Positions 20,938-30,623 of a DNA stretch of 64,000 bases are shown piece by piece (position 1 is the stretch's first letter; each line of letters opens with the position of its first letter). Under the pieces are notes generated by a model. The model had not been told where the DNA came from, did no database searches, and saw only the letters and a program-made list of their open reading frames with translations. Source of the DNA: Chthoniobacterales bacterium (lineage in GTDB: Bacteria > Verrucomicrobiota > Verrucomicrobiia > Chthoniobacterales > Chthoniobacteraceae); the NCBI GenBank assembly GCA_038207335.1, contig JBBQZX010000003.1:192001-256000 (forward strand), given 5' to 3'. The translations under genes and the position numbers were made by a program.

Positions 20938-23217
20938 TTACGGATTCTTGCCGGTGCCGCCGCCGGTTAGCGATTCGGGATCAAGATTCAGAGGGATCCG
21001 CACGCTCGGGAAATCTTTCAGCGTGAAGGTGAGAACGAACCCGTAGTCGGTGACGCCGCCATTATCGCGGATGTTCACGCCGAGTGCGGCGACCCAGCTC
21101 GAAAGGTCGCGGTGTACTGTGTAGGACTGGCTCTCAAGCGTGCCGTCGGTGATTTCGTATTGCTCGCGCGCGCTCACCGCCCAGTTGTCGTTGATGCGGT
21201 AGTAGCCGCCGAGGACGAGGAGATTACTATCGTAGATCGCGCTGTTGCCGCTGATGTAGCGGTGGCCGACATCGACGCGAAGATTCTGATTCGCGAAAAA
21301 GTTGAGCGCCGTGTTCACCTCGGTGAATCCTTTGTCGAAGACTGGAATCTGCGAGTCCACCGTCAGGTTCACCCACGGGAGCGGATACCATCGGAAGCGG
21401 TTGAAGAGGTTTGAAAATGTGCCGTCATCCTGCACGACATCGCCGACGAATTGCGGACGGTCTATGTTTACGTCGAAGTAGGTGTCGAGCTCGAACCAGT
21501 TGAACGTGAGATTGTCCCGCCGCGTCTGGAGGCGGTTGCGGACGCCGAGGCGGAAGATCGACCAGTTGTCGATCGAGTCGATCGTGTTGAACTCGGGAAA
21601 ATCGATTGGCTGGAGCTGCGTGGAGCGATTGAGGCGATCGAATTGCAAAATCTCCGACGGGTCGTTGCCGCTGTAAACGTAGGACAAGTTCGCATACGGC
21701 TGGATGACGTGGCGCAAGCCATCGAGCCCGAGCATGCGCGACTGAACCTGCTCGTAAGCGCGCGAGACTTTGAACGACGCCTCGACGTTTGCATTCACGA
21801 CGGGGCGGAAAACTGAGCCACTCCCGTTGAGGACGCTGCGCGTCGTGGACGTCGTTTTCGGGGGAGCACCGGGCGTGTCGGATGGATTACTCGTGATCGT
21901 CGTCTCATCCTGAAAACGCCCGCTGTTTTCGTAATAAGTGCCGCGCACGCCGACGTGCGGTACGATGGAAAGCCAGCCGAAATAAGTGCCCGGATAGCTG
22001 AACTGATGGAACGTGTCGGCGCGGAATGTCTCGTAGTCATCGACGAGTGAACTGGCCGCGAAATTCCGCCGATAATATCCGGCGCTCGTCTCGCCGTCGT
22101 AGAAAACGCGGGAGCCGAAGAGCGGCTGGCGCTTGATGTCCAGAGCACCTTCCGGGAGCCGCTCCGTGAGATCGAAATAGTCTTCATTCAGGTTTTTCCG
22201 AGCGATGAAATTGAGGGAATAATCTTCGTCCCACTTCGTCAGTGCGAAGACGTTGTCAGGGTTCGGGTTGGTGTGAAATTCATGCGGCGCGAAATCTTGC
22301 AGCACGCGCGCGTCGCTGAGTTTGTTGATGTCGATCGAGGCGTAGATGTCCTCGGTCAGATAAGTGCGATCTTGAAACGAAACACGGTAGCGGCTCGGGT
22401 CGATCGGCTCGCGGGTGAGGGATGTTTTATTCGTGCCGGGGCTCGAGTCGTTGATGTAGTAGCTGCGAAATCGGCCCCAGCCGCGCTTCTTCTCGTGTCC
22501 GCCCCAAAGCGACTCCAGGCCGATCCCGACGCCGCGGTCGGCGAGGATGTCGAGTCGCAGTTTCGCGGAGATATCGCCGATGGGAAATGTGTAGGTGCTG
22601 AGCAGAGCCGCGCCCCAGGTGCTGCTGTAGCCGGGGACGATTTGCAGGCCCTCTTCCTTGTCTAGCGACTGGTGCAGATACGGGAACCAGAAGATCGGAG
22701 TGCGGCCGACGTAGATCATGACGTTGCTAAAAACGACGCGATCTTTCGGATAAATGCGCACCGTTTTCGCGCGGATGTAGTAGTCGGGCTTAGAGTTGTC
22801 GCTCGTGGTGAAAAGCCCGTCCTTCACGAGATACGCATTGCTCCCGAGCGTGCTGAGCGAGTCGCCGGCGAAGCGGAACGGGTAGAAATCGCCGCGAAAG
22901 GAAGCGGCTGTGAGCTGCTTGCTCTCCAGATTGTAAACCGCGCGTTCACCGGTGAAGAGATTGCCCTCACGGTAAATCCGCACATTTCCCTCGACCAAAA
23001 CGTCGCGCGTCTCGGCGTTGTATTGCGCATGGTCGCTGTAGATGACGACCTCGCCGTAGCGGATAACGACGTTCTGATCTGCAGTCGCGAGGCCGCGCTC
23101 GAAGCCCGTCTGCTCCGCGTTGATCTCGATCGGCGCGTCGCTGAAATTGCCGAGCTGAGCCAACGCGCCCGACGTGAACGCGAGGAAAAGCGCGAGGCGA
23201 AGAAGCAGTCGATTCAT
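20938..23217 (-). CDS. lptD: LPS-assembly outer-membrane protein LptD
   Basis: Signal peptide, OstA-like N-terminus (PIEINAEQ, VEGNVRIY), beta-barrel strands, RHVIQPY. Confidence 0.85.
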   Translation of the reverse strand: MNRLLLRLALFLAFTSGALAQLGNFSDAPIEINAEQTGFERGLATADQNVVIRYGEVVIYSDHAQYNAETRDVLVEGNVRIYREGNLFTGERAVYNLESKQLTAASFRGDFYPFRFAGDSLSTLGSNAYLVKDGLFTTSDNSKPDYYIRAKTVRIYPKDRVVFSNVMIYVGRTPIFWFPYLHQSLDKEEGLQIVPGYSSTWGAALLSTYTFPIGDISAKLRLDILADRGVGIGLESLWGGHEKKRGWGRFRSYYINDSSPGTNKTSLTREPIDPSRYRVSFQDRTYLTEDIYASIDINKLSDARVLQDFAPHEFHTNPNPDNVFALTKWDEDYSLNFIARKNLNEDYFDLTERLPEGALDIKRQPLFGSRVFYDGETSAGYYRRNFAASSLVDDYETFRADTFHQFSYPGTYFGWLSIVPHVGVRGTYYENSGRFQDETTITSNPSDTPGAPPKTTSTTRSVLNGSGSVFRPVVNANVEASFKVSRAYEQVQSRMLGLDGLRHVIQPYANLSYVYSGNDPSEILQFDRLNRSTQLQPIDFPEFNTIDSIDNWSIFRLGVRNRLQTRRDNLTFNWFELDTYFDVNIDRPQFVGDVVQDDGTFSNLFNRFRWYPLPWVNLTVDSQIPVFDKGFTEVNTALNFFANQNLRVDVGHRYISGNSAIYDSNLLVLGGYYRINDNWAVSAREQYEITDGTLESQSYTVHRDLSSWVAALGVNIRDNGGVTDYGFVLTFTLKDFPSVRIPLNLDPESLTGGGTGKNP

Positions 23218-23318
23218 GAGGGCGGGGACGCTAACGAGCGGTCGGAAAAGTGCCAACGCAAAAGGCGGCGCTTACGGCAGACTCGCACCACTCGGCGCTC
23301 CGTCGCATTCTGTGTCGG

Positions 23319-25487
23319 ATGAAACTCCCCATTTTCTCCCCGCTCTTGCTCGCCATCTCCGCCGCGCCGTTGCTCGCCGAGCCATTCGAGGCACGGCCTT
23401 GGACGGAATATCGCACCGTCATGTGGATCGGCGACAGCGCCTCGAAAAATCCGGACAAGCTCCCGCTTTTCTACAAGCGCCTCCAGGAGATGGGCATCAA
23501 TACCGGCATGGTCGGACACGCAGCCGATGCGCGTCCGCTGCTCGCGGCGGGGCTCGGGTATTACGTCGAAAATATCGTCAATCGCGGGCTGTGCCTGAAG
23601 TGGAATGCGGAGGTCAGCGACTGGGAGAAATTCGTGACCGGTTGGGCGAAGACGCGCGACGACGCGGGACTCGTGCGGGAGTATTCGCTCGACGATCCGG
23701 CGTGGCTCACGGCGGCGGCGAAAGACGTGGAAGAGGTCGTGAAAAAGAACGCTGCGCTAAAGCCGCTCGCTTACGATCTTCGCGACGAACTCTCGACGAC
23801 GATGTCGGCGAATCCGTTCGACTACGACTTCTCGCCCACCGCGTTGGAGGGCTTTCGCAAATGGCTGCAGGGCGAATACGCCGATCTCGATGCGCTGAAT
23901 CGCGAGTGGGCGACGAACTTCAAAACGTGGGAGGAGGTGCGGCCCCTCACCACCGACCAGATCAAAAATCGCATGGCCAGCGGCGACGCGATCCCGCGCG
24001 GAAAGCCCGACTGGCAGGCGTTGCAAAAGCTGAAGTTCGACCCCACGACCGCGACGAAAGAGCCCGGGCGCTGGAATTTTGCGCCGTGGGCCGACCACCG
24101 CACGTACATGGATGTCTCGCTCGCGCGGACGCTCGATGGGCTCCGCCAGACCGCGCACGCGATCGACGCGCACACGCCTGTCGGCATCGAGGGGACGCAG
24201 ATGCCGTCGGCATTCGGCGGTTACGATCTCGCGCGGCTCTCGGGCGCCCTCGACTGGGTCGAGCCGTACGATATTGGAAACTCGCGCGAGATTTTCGGCT
24301 CGTTCATGCCCGGTAAGCCGATCGTCACGACCGTCGGCGAGCAGGATGCAAAATCCGCGCAACGCCGCCTCTGGCATCTCCTGCTCGAGGGCGACAAAGG
24401 GTGCATCATCTGGTGGAGCGAAGATTGCATCGATTGGAAGAGCGACGACTACGCGCTCACGCCACGCGCCGCCGCGCTCGCGCCCGTCTTGAAAGAACTC
24501 ACCTCGCCGCTCGCGCATCTATTCATGCGGGCTCAGCGGGAGTTCGACCCAATCTTCCTGCACTACTCGCAGCCGAGCATTCAGGTCGATTGGCTCCTCG
24601 GTTCGACCGAGGACGGCTCCACATGGCTGCGCCGATTCTCCAGCTACGAGGCCAGCCACAACCGCCTCGTGAAAGTCCGCAACGCCTGGCTGAAGTCGCT
24701 CACCGATCTCGGATTTTCGCCGCGCTTCATCTCCACCCAGCAGATCGAAAAGGGCGAACTCGACCGCGGCGTGCTGGACGGCGCGAAGGCGCTCATCCTG
24801 CCGTCGTCGCTCGCGCTGACGGACGCCGAGGCCACGCGCATCCGTGCCTTTGCCAGCGGGGGCATCATGACGCATGTGCTGCTCGGCGATGGCGCGCCGG
24901 GGTGCTTCGATGGGCATGGAAAATTGCGCGCCGCGCCCGCGCTCGGGGAGACATTCCCGCTCGCAGGGTCGGCGGAAAAAGCCACCGCCCGCAGCATCGA
25001 CGCGATATCGATCGGCTCACACGCGCCACTCAAAACAAAGATCGTGAGCAAAGACGGTGACATCGCGACCTACAACTCCACCCGTGCCGCCGCCACGCCC
25101 GACCTCGCGTGGCCCGAGTGGATCGCCGCGCAGCTCGGCGACCTCCGCCCGCCGATCACCGTCCCGCTCGGCTCCCGCACCGCCATCTTCCGCTACCGGC
25201 TCGGCACCGCTCAGCTCGTCGCATTCGAGCGCAACATCTCCTACCAGATGAGCGAGGACCTCAAGCAAGCCGGCGGCAATGGCGCACTCGAAAAGCCCAT
25301 CGAAATCCGCGCCACCCTCCCCGCCGCCGCGCACATCTACGACCTGCGCACCCAGAAATACCTCGGCCAAGCCGACCACATCGACATCGCGCTCGACCCC
25401 TGGCACCCATCCCTCTACGCGGTCCTCCCCGAGAAAATCGACCCCGCCCACCTCATCGAGACCCTCGCCGCCGCGGCGAAACCCTAA
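23319..25487 (+). CDS. Secreted GH42/beta-galactosidase-like glycoside hydrolase with trimerisation-type domain
   Basis: Signal peptide; DLRDE; FRKWLQGEYADLDALNREWATNF; KALILPSSLALTDAE. Confidence 0.7.
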   Translation: MKLPIFSPLLLAISAAPLLAEPFEARPWTEYRTVMWIGDSASKNPDKLPLFYKRLQEMGINTGMVGHAADARPLLAAGLGYYVENIVNRGLCLKWNAEVSDWEKFVTGWAKTRDDAGLVREYSLDDPAWLTAAAKDVEEVVKKNAALKPLAYDLRDELSTTMSANPFDYDFSPTALEGFRKWLQGEYADLDALNREWATNFKTWEEVRPLTTDQIKNRMASGDAIPRGKPDWQALQKLKFDPTTATKEPGRWNFAPWADHRTYMDVSLARTLDGLRQTAHAIDAHTPVGIEGTQMPSAFGGYDLARLSGALDWVEPYDIGNSREIFGSFMPGKPIVTTVGEQDAKSAQRRLWHLLLEGDKGCIIWWSEDCIDWKSDDYALTPRAAALAPVLKELTSPLAHLFMRAQREFDPIFLHYSQPSIQVDWLLGSTEDGSTWLRRFSSYEASHNRLVKVRNAWLKSLTDLGFSPRFISTQQIEKGELDRGVLDGAKALILPSSLALTDAEATRIRAFASGGIMTHVLLGDGAPGCFDGHGKLRAAPALGETFPLAGSAEKATARSIDAISIGSHAPLKTKIVSKDGDIATYNSTRAAATPDLAWPEWIAAQLGDLRPPITVPLGSRTAIFRYRLGTAQLVAFERNISYQMSEDLKQAGGNGALEKPIEIRATLPAAAHIYDLRTQKYLGQADHIDIALDPWHPSLYAVLPEKIDPAHLIETLAAAAKP

Positions 25488-25552
25488 ACTCAACCAGTTT
25501 TCAGAGAAAGACGCCCTCGGCACGGTGTTCGGAAAGGGCGGCGGCATTAGTC

Positions 25553-25732
25553 ATGGTGACGTCGCTTGTTCTGTTCCTTGGCGGCTGTGCGGACGAAGTC
25601 GAGGAGCCGTCCGTCGTCGAGAATTGTTGGATAGGTGGTTCCGGGAATGCCGCTGATATGTGGAAGCCCAATCCAGAGATAGTTTCGGTTGGTTGTCGAG
25701 CGGACAACTTGAACCGGAAAGGAATTAAGTAA
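25553..25732 (+). pseudogene. Possible remnant of a lipoprotein gene
   Basis: MVTSLVLFLGGC-ADEV lipobox-like start, stops after 59 aa, lower-GC region. Confidence 0.25.
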
Positions 25733-26225
25733 TTCGGAATAATCACCTCTCCGCAGCGCGCTCGCCTGCTAAATGAAGGATACGGTCCCGCGGTGAGAGG
25801 GCGTCATCGGACTGGTGGTTCGCAACACCGGAAAGGTTCAACGCATCTCCGAAGTCCTGAAAGATCACGGGCGCTGAAGTTCATGGATGATGGGCTAACG
25901 GTAGCTAGGCGAAGTGGCTGGTGGTCGCAGTGGGTGGTCGGCTGCGCCGAGCCAAGTGCTGCCGTAGTGATTGCGTGGCGTGGGCGGAGGCTTCTGTTTC
26001 GTAGCGCAGCAGGTCCGACCTAATGGCGACGTTCTCCGCTCCCGCGATGAGCGGGGCAAGCTCGAAATGGAAACCTTCCAGCTCCCGCTTGGCCCAGAGT
26101 TGGCAATGCCGGCGCGGATGTTTCTCCCGCCCCCTCCGCAAAGCGCGGCGCCTGTGAAAAGCGGGCGGTGATGAGAGGCGGAGATTGTATGGGGGGCGGG
26201 GGAGGTGTTCTTCTGGGTGACTGCC

Positions 26226-27488
26226 ATGCCGAACGACTCCGATCCTTCATATACACTCGCACGCGAACGCTATGCCGGCATCGGCGTGGATGTGGAGGGG
26301 GCGCTGGAGGCGCTGGCGGGGATTCCGATTTCGCTGCACTGCTGGCAGGGGGATGATGTGGGGGGATTTGAGAATGCGGGCTCGGAGCTGAGTGGCGGAA
26401 TCGCGGTGACGGGGAATTATCCGGCGAAGGCGCGGACGGCGGCGGAGTTGCGCGGGGATTTGGATAAGGCGCTGTCGCTGATCCCGGGGCGGCATCGGGT
26501 GAATTTGCACGCGTGTTACGCGGAGCTCGGCGGGCGGAAGATCGAGCGAACGGATTACACGATCGAGCATTTTCAAGATTGGGTGGACTGGTGCGGGGAG
26601 CAGGGGATGGGGCTCGATTTCAATCCGACTTTTTTCGCACATCCGCGCGCGGCGGATGGCTTCACGCTGTCGCATCGGGAGGGGAGTGTGCGGGAGTTTT
26701 GGATCGCGCATGGGATCGCGTGCCGGCGGATCGCGGCGGAGGCGGGGCGGCAGCTCGGGAATGCGGTGGTGACGAATTTTTGGATTCCCGATGGCTTCAA
26801 GGACACGCCTGCGGACCGGCGCGCGCCGCGGGAACGGCTCGCGGAATCGCTCGATGAGATTTTCGCGCAGCCGATCGATCCGGCGCTGAATCTGGATGCG
26901 GTGGAGTCGAAGCTCTTCGGGCTGGGGAGCGAAAGTTACGTGGTCGGGTCGCACGAGTTTTACCTCGGGTATGCGATCTCGCGGCAGAAGCTCTACTGCC
27001 TGGATGCGGGGCATTTTCACCCGACGGAATCGCTGGCGGACAAGGTGTCGTCGGTGCTGCAATTCGTGCCAGGGCTGCTGCTGCATGTGTCGCGCGGGGT
27101 GCGCTGGGACAGCGATCACGTGGTGCTGCTGGATGATGCGACGCGCGAGATCATGGAGGAAATCGTGCGCGGTGGATTCCTGCCGCGGACGCACATCGGG
27201 CTGGATTTCTTCGATGCGAGTATCAACCGGATCGCGGCGTGGGTGATCGGCACGCGCAACGCGCTGAAGGCGCTGTTGCTCGCGCTGCTGGAGCCGGCCC
27301 AGGAGTTGCGCGCGGCGGAGGCGGCGGGGGATTTCACCGCGCGTCTGGCGCTGATGGAGGAGGCGAAATCGATGCCATTCGGCGCGGTATGGGACGAGCA
27401 CTGCCGCCGCGCGGGTGTGCCGGTCGGCGCGGCGTGGCTCGCCGATGTGCGCGCCTACGAGAAGGACGTGCTGGCGCGGCGTGTGTAG
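26226..27488 (+). CDS. rhaA: L-rhamnose isomerase
   Basis: [58 protein letters not shown]. Confidence 0.97.
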   Translation: MPNDSDPSYTLARERYAGIGVDVEGALEALAGIPISLHCWQGDDVGGFENAGSELSGGIAVTGNYPAKARTAAELRGDLDKALSLIPGRHRVNLHACYAELGGRKIERTDYTIEHFQDWVDWCGEQGMGLDFNPTFFAHPRAADGFTLSHREGSVREFWIAHGIACRRIAAEAGRQLGNAVVTNFWIPDGFKDTPADRRAPRERLAESLDEIFAQPIDPALNLDAVESKLFGLGSESYVVGSHEFYLGYAISRQKLYCLDAGHFHPTESLADKVSSVLQFVPGLLLHVSRGVRWDSDHVVLLDDATREIMEEIVRGGFLPRTHIGLDFFDASINRIAAWVIGTRNALKALLLALLEPAQELRAAEAAGDFTARLALMEEAKSMPFGAVWDEHCRRAGVPVGAAWLADVRAYEKDVLARRV

Positions 27489-27502
27489 CCGAGCCGGAGC
27501 GC

Positions 27503-28231
27503 CTACTTTTTCGCGTAGTCCTGGCCGAGCGGCGAGAGGTCGCCCCAGCTTTGCTTCCAGAGGCTCGCGGGCTTGTCCGGGCCGGGCGTGAAATAGGCGT
27601 ATCGCTCGACGTATGATTTTCGGTCGAGCAGCCGGAAAGCTTGTTTGGCAAAGCGCTCGCGGTCGCCGCCGGAGTACTGGGCGTTGAATTCGGTGAGCCA
27701 GATTGGGAGGTGATACTGGCGGTGGATTTCGTCGAGCCAGTGCTCGAAGTCCTCTGGATTTGCGCTGCGATACCAATGGAGCGCGATGAAATCGACCCGG
27801 AGCTTTCGGCTGCGCGCGCCTTCCATGAAGCGGCTCAGCCATTCCATTCCTCTGCCATCTGAGGAAGGTGCGGGACTTCCCAGACGCAGGCCCGTGGCCA
27901 TGAGTTGGGGCCAAAGGTCGAGTGCTTCCTCGACGCTGAGATTCCCCTGATCCTTCCGCTCCGGTTCGTTGAAGCAGAGCAACGCTTTTGCGCCGCTGGC
28001 TTTGACGGCGTCGAGCGTGCGCGCATTAACGTGCGCCTTGCCTTTGATCATCGGGACGAATTCCACATCGGCTGTGCCCGCGCCGGATGGCCCCCAATTA
28101 TAGAACCAGTGGGCCTTCAGCTTCTGCGCCGTCGCTAGGTCGCCGTCCCATCCCTTTTTCACCGAGGGAGTCTGCGCCGCAGCGAGAGTGACGAGCGCGA
28201 AAAAGGCGGCGAGAAAGTGGAGGGGTCGCAT
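27503..28231 (-). CDS. Secreted GH128-family glycoside hydrolase (putative beta-1,3-glucanase)
   Basis: WFYNWG, FVPM, FNEP, DFIALHWY, PIWLTEF, VERYAYF. Confidence 0.85.
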   Translation of the reverse strand: MRPLHFLAAFFALVTLAAAQTPSVKKGWDGDLATAQKLKAHWFYNWGPSGAGTADVEFVPMIKGKAHVNARTLDAVKASGAKALLCFNEPERKDQGNLSVEEALDLWPQLMATGLRLGSPAPSSDGRGMEWLSRFMEGARSRKLRVDFIALHWYRSANPEDFEHWLDEIHRQYHLPIWLTEFNAQYSGGDRERFAKQAFRLLDRKSYVERYAYFTPGPDKPASLWKQSWGDLSPLGQDYAKK

Positions 28232-28309
28232 GGCTGCGAAGCGTAACGGCAGGAACGGGCATCTCAAGCGGCCTCTGGTCTCGCGCTCCGACGCATGTAT
28301 TATCGCGCC

Positions 28310-28654
28310 ATGCGCTGGCTTATTTTCCCCGTCCTTTCTGTTTTGCTCGCCGTCGCCAGCGCTTCGCTGGCGGCGGCACCCCCGAAAAAGCCGGCGGTGA
28401 AGCCGAAGCCGGCGGTGACGGTGAAAGATCTCGCGCTGCGAGAAGCCAAGGCGTGCGATGCGAACGGAGACGGACGCATCGAAGGGCCGGAGGTCATGAA
28501 GCTGCGCACTGCCCGAGCAACTCATCCGAAGAGCTACCTGTATCTGTTCGACGATAACAGCAACGGCTACCTCGACGATGCGGAGGTGGCAAGAATCCGG
28601 GTGCCGGTCTCGGCTCCAGCGAGTAAAAAGGCCCCGGCACCTAAAAAGCACTGA
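28310..28654 (+). CDS. Small secreted EF-hand-like protein
   Basis: Signal peptide; DANGDGRIEGPE and DDNSNGYLDDAE loops; Lys/Pro-rich ends. Confidence 0.75.
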   Translation: MRWLIFPVLSVLLAVASASLAAAPPKKPAVKPKPAVTVKDLALREAKACDANGDGRIEGPEVMKLRTARATHPKSYLYLFDDNSNGYLDDAEVARIRVPVSAPASKKAPAPKKH

Positions 28655-28678
28655 CTCTCTGCGGACGGTGAGGTGCGC

Positions 28679-29548
28679 TCAGGCCGCGCCGAATGCGAGC
28701 GCCTCGAAGTTGTTTTCACTTTTAAAAACCTCCTGCCACGCGACGCCATCGCTGGAGTGGAGGAGGCGCCCGCGCCAGTTCGCTCCGACGAAATGGCCCG
28801 CGCCGAATGTGACGATCAGCGGCGCGTCTTTGTTTGATTTTCGACTCCACGCGCTGCCGTCGTATGAGATGAAAGTCGCGCCCGCTCCGACCGCGACGAA
28901 TCGGTCGCCGGCCCAGACGATGGAGTTGAGGTGCTCGCCTTCTTCGCCAGTCTGACGATTGCTCCATGTGATGCCATCGGGGCTGCTCATTCGGAGGCCG
29001 TTCAGCCCGACGCCGACGAATTTCCCCGCGCCGAACGCGACATCGACGAGCGTGTCGATGGCCTTCACTCCGGGCGCATCAGTCCACGTCTTGCCATCGG
29101 GTGAAGCAGCGCGTCGCCCGCGGTCGCCTACGCCGACGATCAAGCCATTCCCTGTGGCGAAGCGTCGCAGGATGAATTTCCCGGTCAGCTCGATGAACGG
29201 GCCCCATGATTTTCCATCGATCGAAGTAAGCGCGAATGGCTTTGCGAGTCCGACCGTGCCGGGGTCGCCGCCGAGCGCGATGAAAACGCCATTTTGCCAG
29301 ACGATGCCGCGGACGTAGCGGCTGTAATTGCCCTCGAATTTCGATGCCTCCCAAGTCGCGCCGTCGGTCGTCGTGGCGAAAATATTCGTGCCCCCGTAGC
29401 TCCCGGCGGCGACGAATCGCCCGCCACCAAACGTGATCGCGCGATACGTTTCGCCTTCCTTGCCGGTCAACGCATTTTTCCACTCGGTGCCATTTTCGGA
29501 GGTGATGCGCTGGCCGTTCTGGCCGACTGCGATGAAGAGGCTGGGCAT
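28679..29548 (-). CDS. Seven-bladed beta-propeller protein with Asp-box/BNR-like repeats
   Basis: Seven repeats of F(V/I)xVGxxG...SxDGxxW. Confidence 0.8.
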   Translation of the reverse strand: MPSLFIAVGQNGQRITSENGTEWKNALTGKEGETYRAITFGGGRFVAAGSYGGTNIFATTTDGATWEASKFEGNYSRYVRGIVWQNGVFIALGGDPGTVGLAKPFALTSIDGKSWGPFIELTGKFILRRFATGNGLIVGVGDRGRRAASPDGKTWTDAPGVKAIDTLVDVAFGAGKFVGVGLNGLRMSSPDGITWSNRQTGEEGEHLNSIVWAGDRFVAVGAGATFISYDGSAWSRKSNKDAPLIVTFGAGHFVGANWRGRLLHSSDGVAWQEVFKSENNFEALAFGAA

Positions 29549-29642
29549 GTTTCTAATGGGTGAATGGCAAATGAGTCGCGAAGCTCACATGACGAATGCA
29601 GTCGCGCCGCGAGGCTCGCGGGAGTAGGACTTTCTGCCACCC

Positions 29643-30623
29643 ATGCCAGCTAAAAATTTCAACACCCCAATGGAATGGAATCTGCCGCCGGTGAATTTCG
29701 GCTGGCTCTGGCGCGGGCTCGCGATCGTCATCCTGATTTGGGCGAGCTTTTCGCTTTTCACCAGCGTCCCTGCGGACTCCGTCGGCGTGCTGATTCGGCT
29801 GGGACAATTCAGGGACGTGCTGAAGCCGGGGTTGCAATTCAAACTGCCGCTCGGCATCGACCGGATTACGATCGTGCCCGTGCAGCGGCAGTTGAAACTC
29901 GAATTCGGTTTCCAGACGCCGGGCGCGACGAATCACGACCAGAGTTCTGACGAGCCAGAGGAGGAGAAAAACATGGTGACCGGCGATCTGAACATGGCGC
30001 TCGTCGAGTGGGTCGTGCAGTACCGCATCGACGATCCAAAGATGTATCTTTTCAACGTCCGCGAGCCCGGCTGGACGCTGCGTGATGCGAGCGAGTCGGC
30101 GATGCGCGAGGTGGTCGGCGACCGGACTGTGGATGAGGTGCTCACGATCGGTCGGCAGGAGATCGAAAATGAGGCGCTTCTTGGAATGAAGCGGCTCTCT
30201 GAGCAGTACGGGCTCGGCCTGACGGTGATGCAGGTGCAACTCAAGGACGTACATCCGCCCCGCGCGGTGCAGGCGAGTTTTAATGAAGTGAACCAGGCGC
30301 AGCAGGAGAAGGAGCAGGCGATCAATGTGGCGAACGGCGAATACAACAAGGCGGTGCCTCAGGCGCGAGGGATGGCGGATCAAAAGGTGCGCGAGGCCGA
30401 TGGATATGCGCTGAAGCGGGTGAACGAAGCGCGCGGCGACGCGGAGCGTTACCACGCTCTGCTGGTGGAATACACGAAAGCGCCGGAGGTGACGCGAAAG
30501 CGAATGTATCTGGAGGCGATGGCCGATGTGCTCCCGCTGCTGGAGCGAAAAATCATCCTTGATGAAAAGGCCGGGCAGCTCCTGCCGCTGTTGCCCCTCG
30601 ACCAAAAAGGAGGTGCGAAGTGA
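29643..30623 (+). CDS. hflK: FtsH modulator HflK
   Basis: TM plus SPFH domain: MVTGDLNM, VQYRI, TVDEVLT, PPRAVQASFNEV, APEVTRKRMYLE. Confidence 0.92.
   Translation: MPAKNFNTPMEWNLPPVNFGWLWRGLAIVILIWASFSLFTSVPADSVGVLIRLGQFRDVLKPGLQFKLPLGIDRITIVPVQRQLKLEFGFQTPGATNHDQSSDEPEEEKNMVTGDLNMALVEWVVQYRIDDPKMYLFNVREPGWTLRDASESAMREVVGDRTVDEVLTIGRQEIENEALLGMKRLSEQYGLGLTVMQVQLKDVHPPRAVQASFNEVNQAQQEKEQAINVANGEYNKAVPQARGMADQKVREADGYALKRVNEARGDAERYHALLVEYTKAPEVTRKRMYLEAMADVLPLLERKIILDEKAGQLLPLLPLDQKGGAK

Noticed and set aside
27485..27506. GTAG...CTAC between rhaA and the GH128 gene as a REP
   Set aside because: Explained by the two convergent TAG stop codons; the internal palindrome is weak.
29565..29580. 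Sigma54-like TGGCA-N-GC upstream of hflK
   Set aside because: GG-N10-GC spacing fits, but the match to TGGCACG/TTGC is poor and likely chance.
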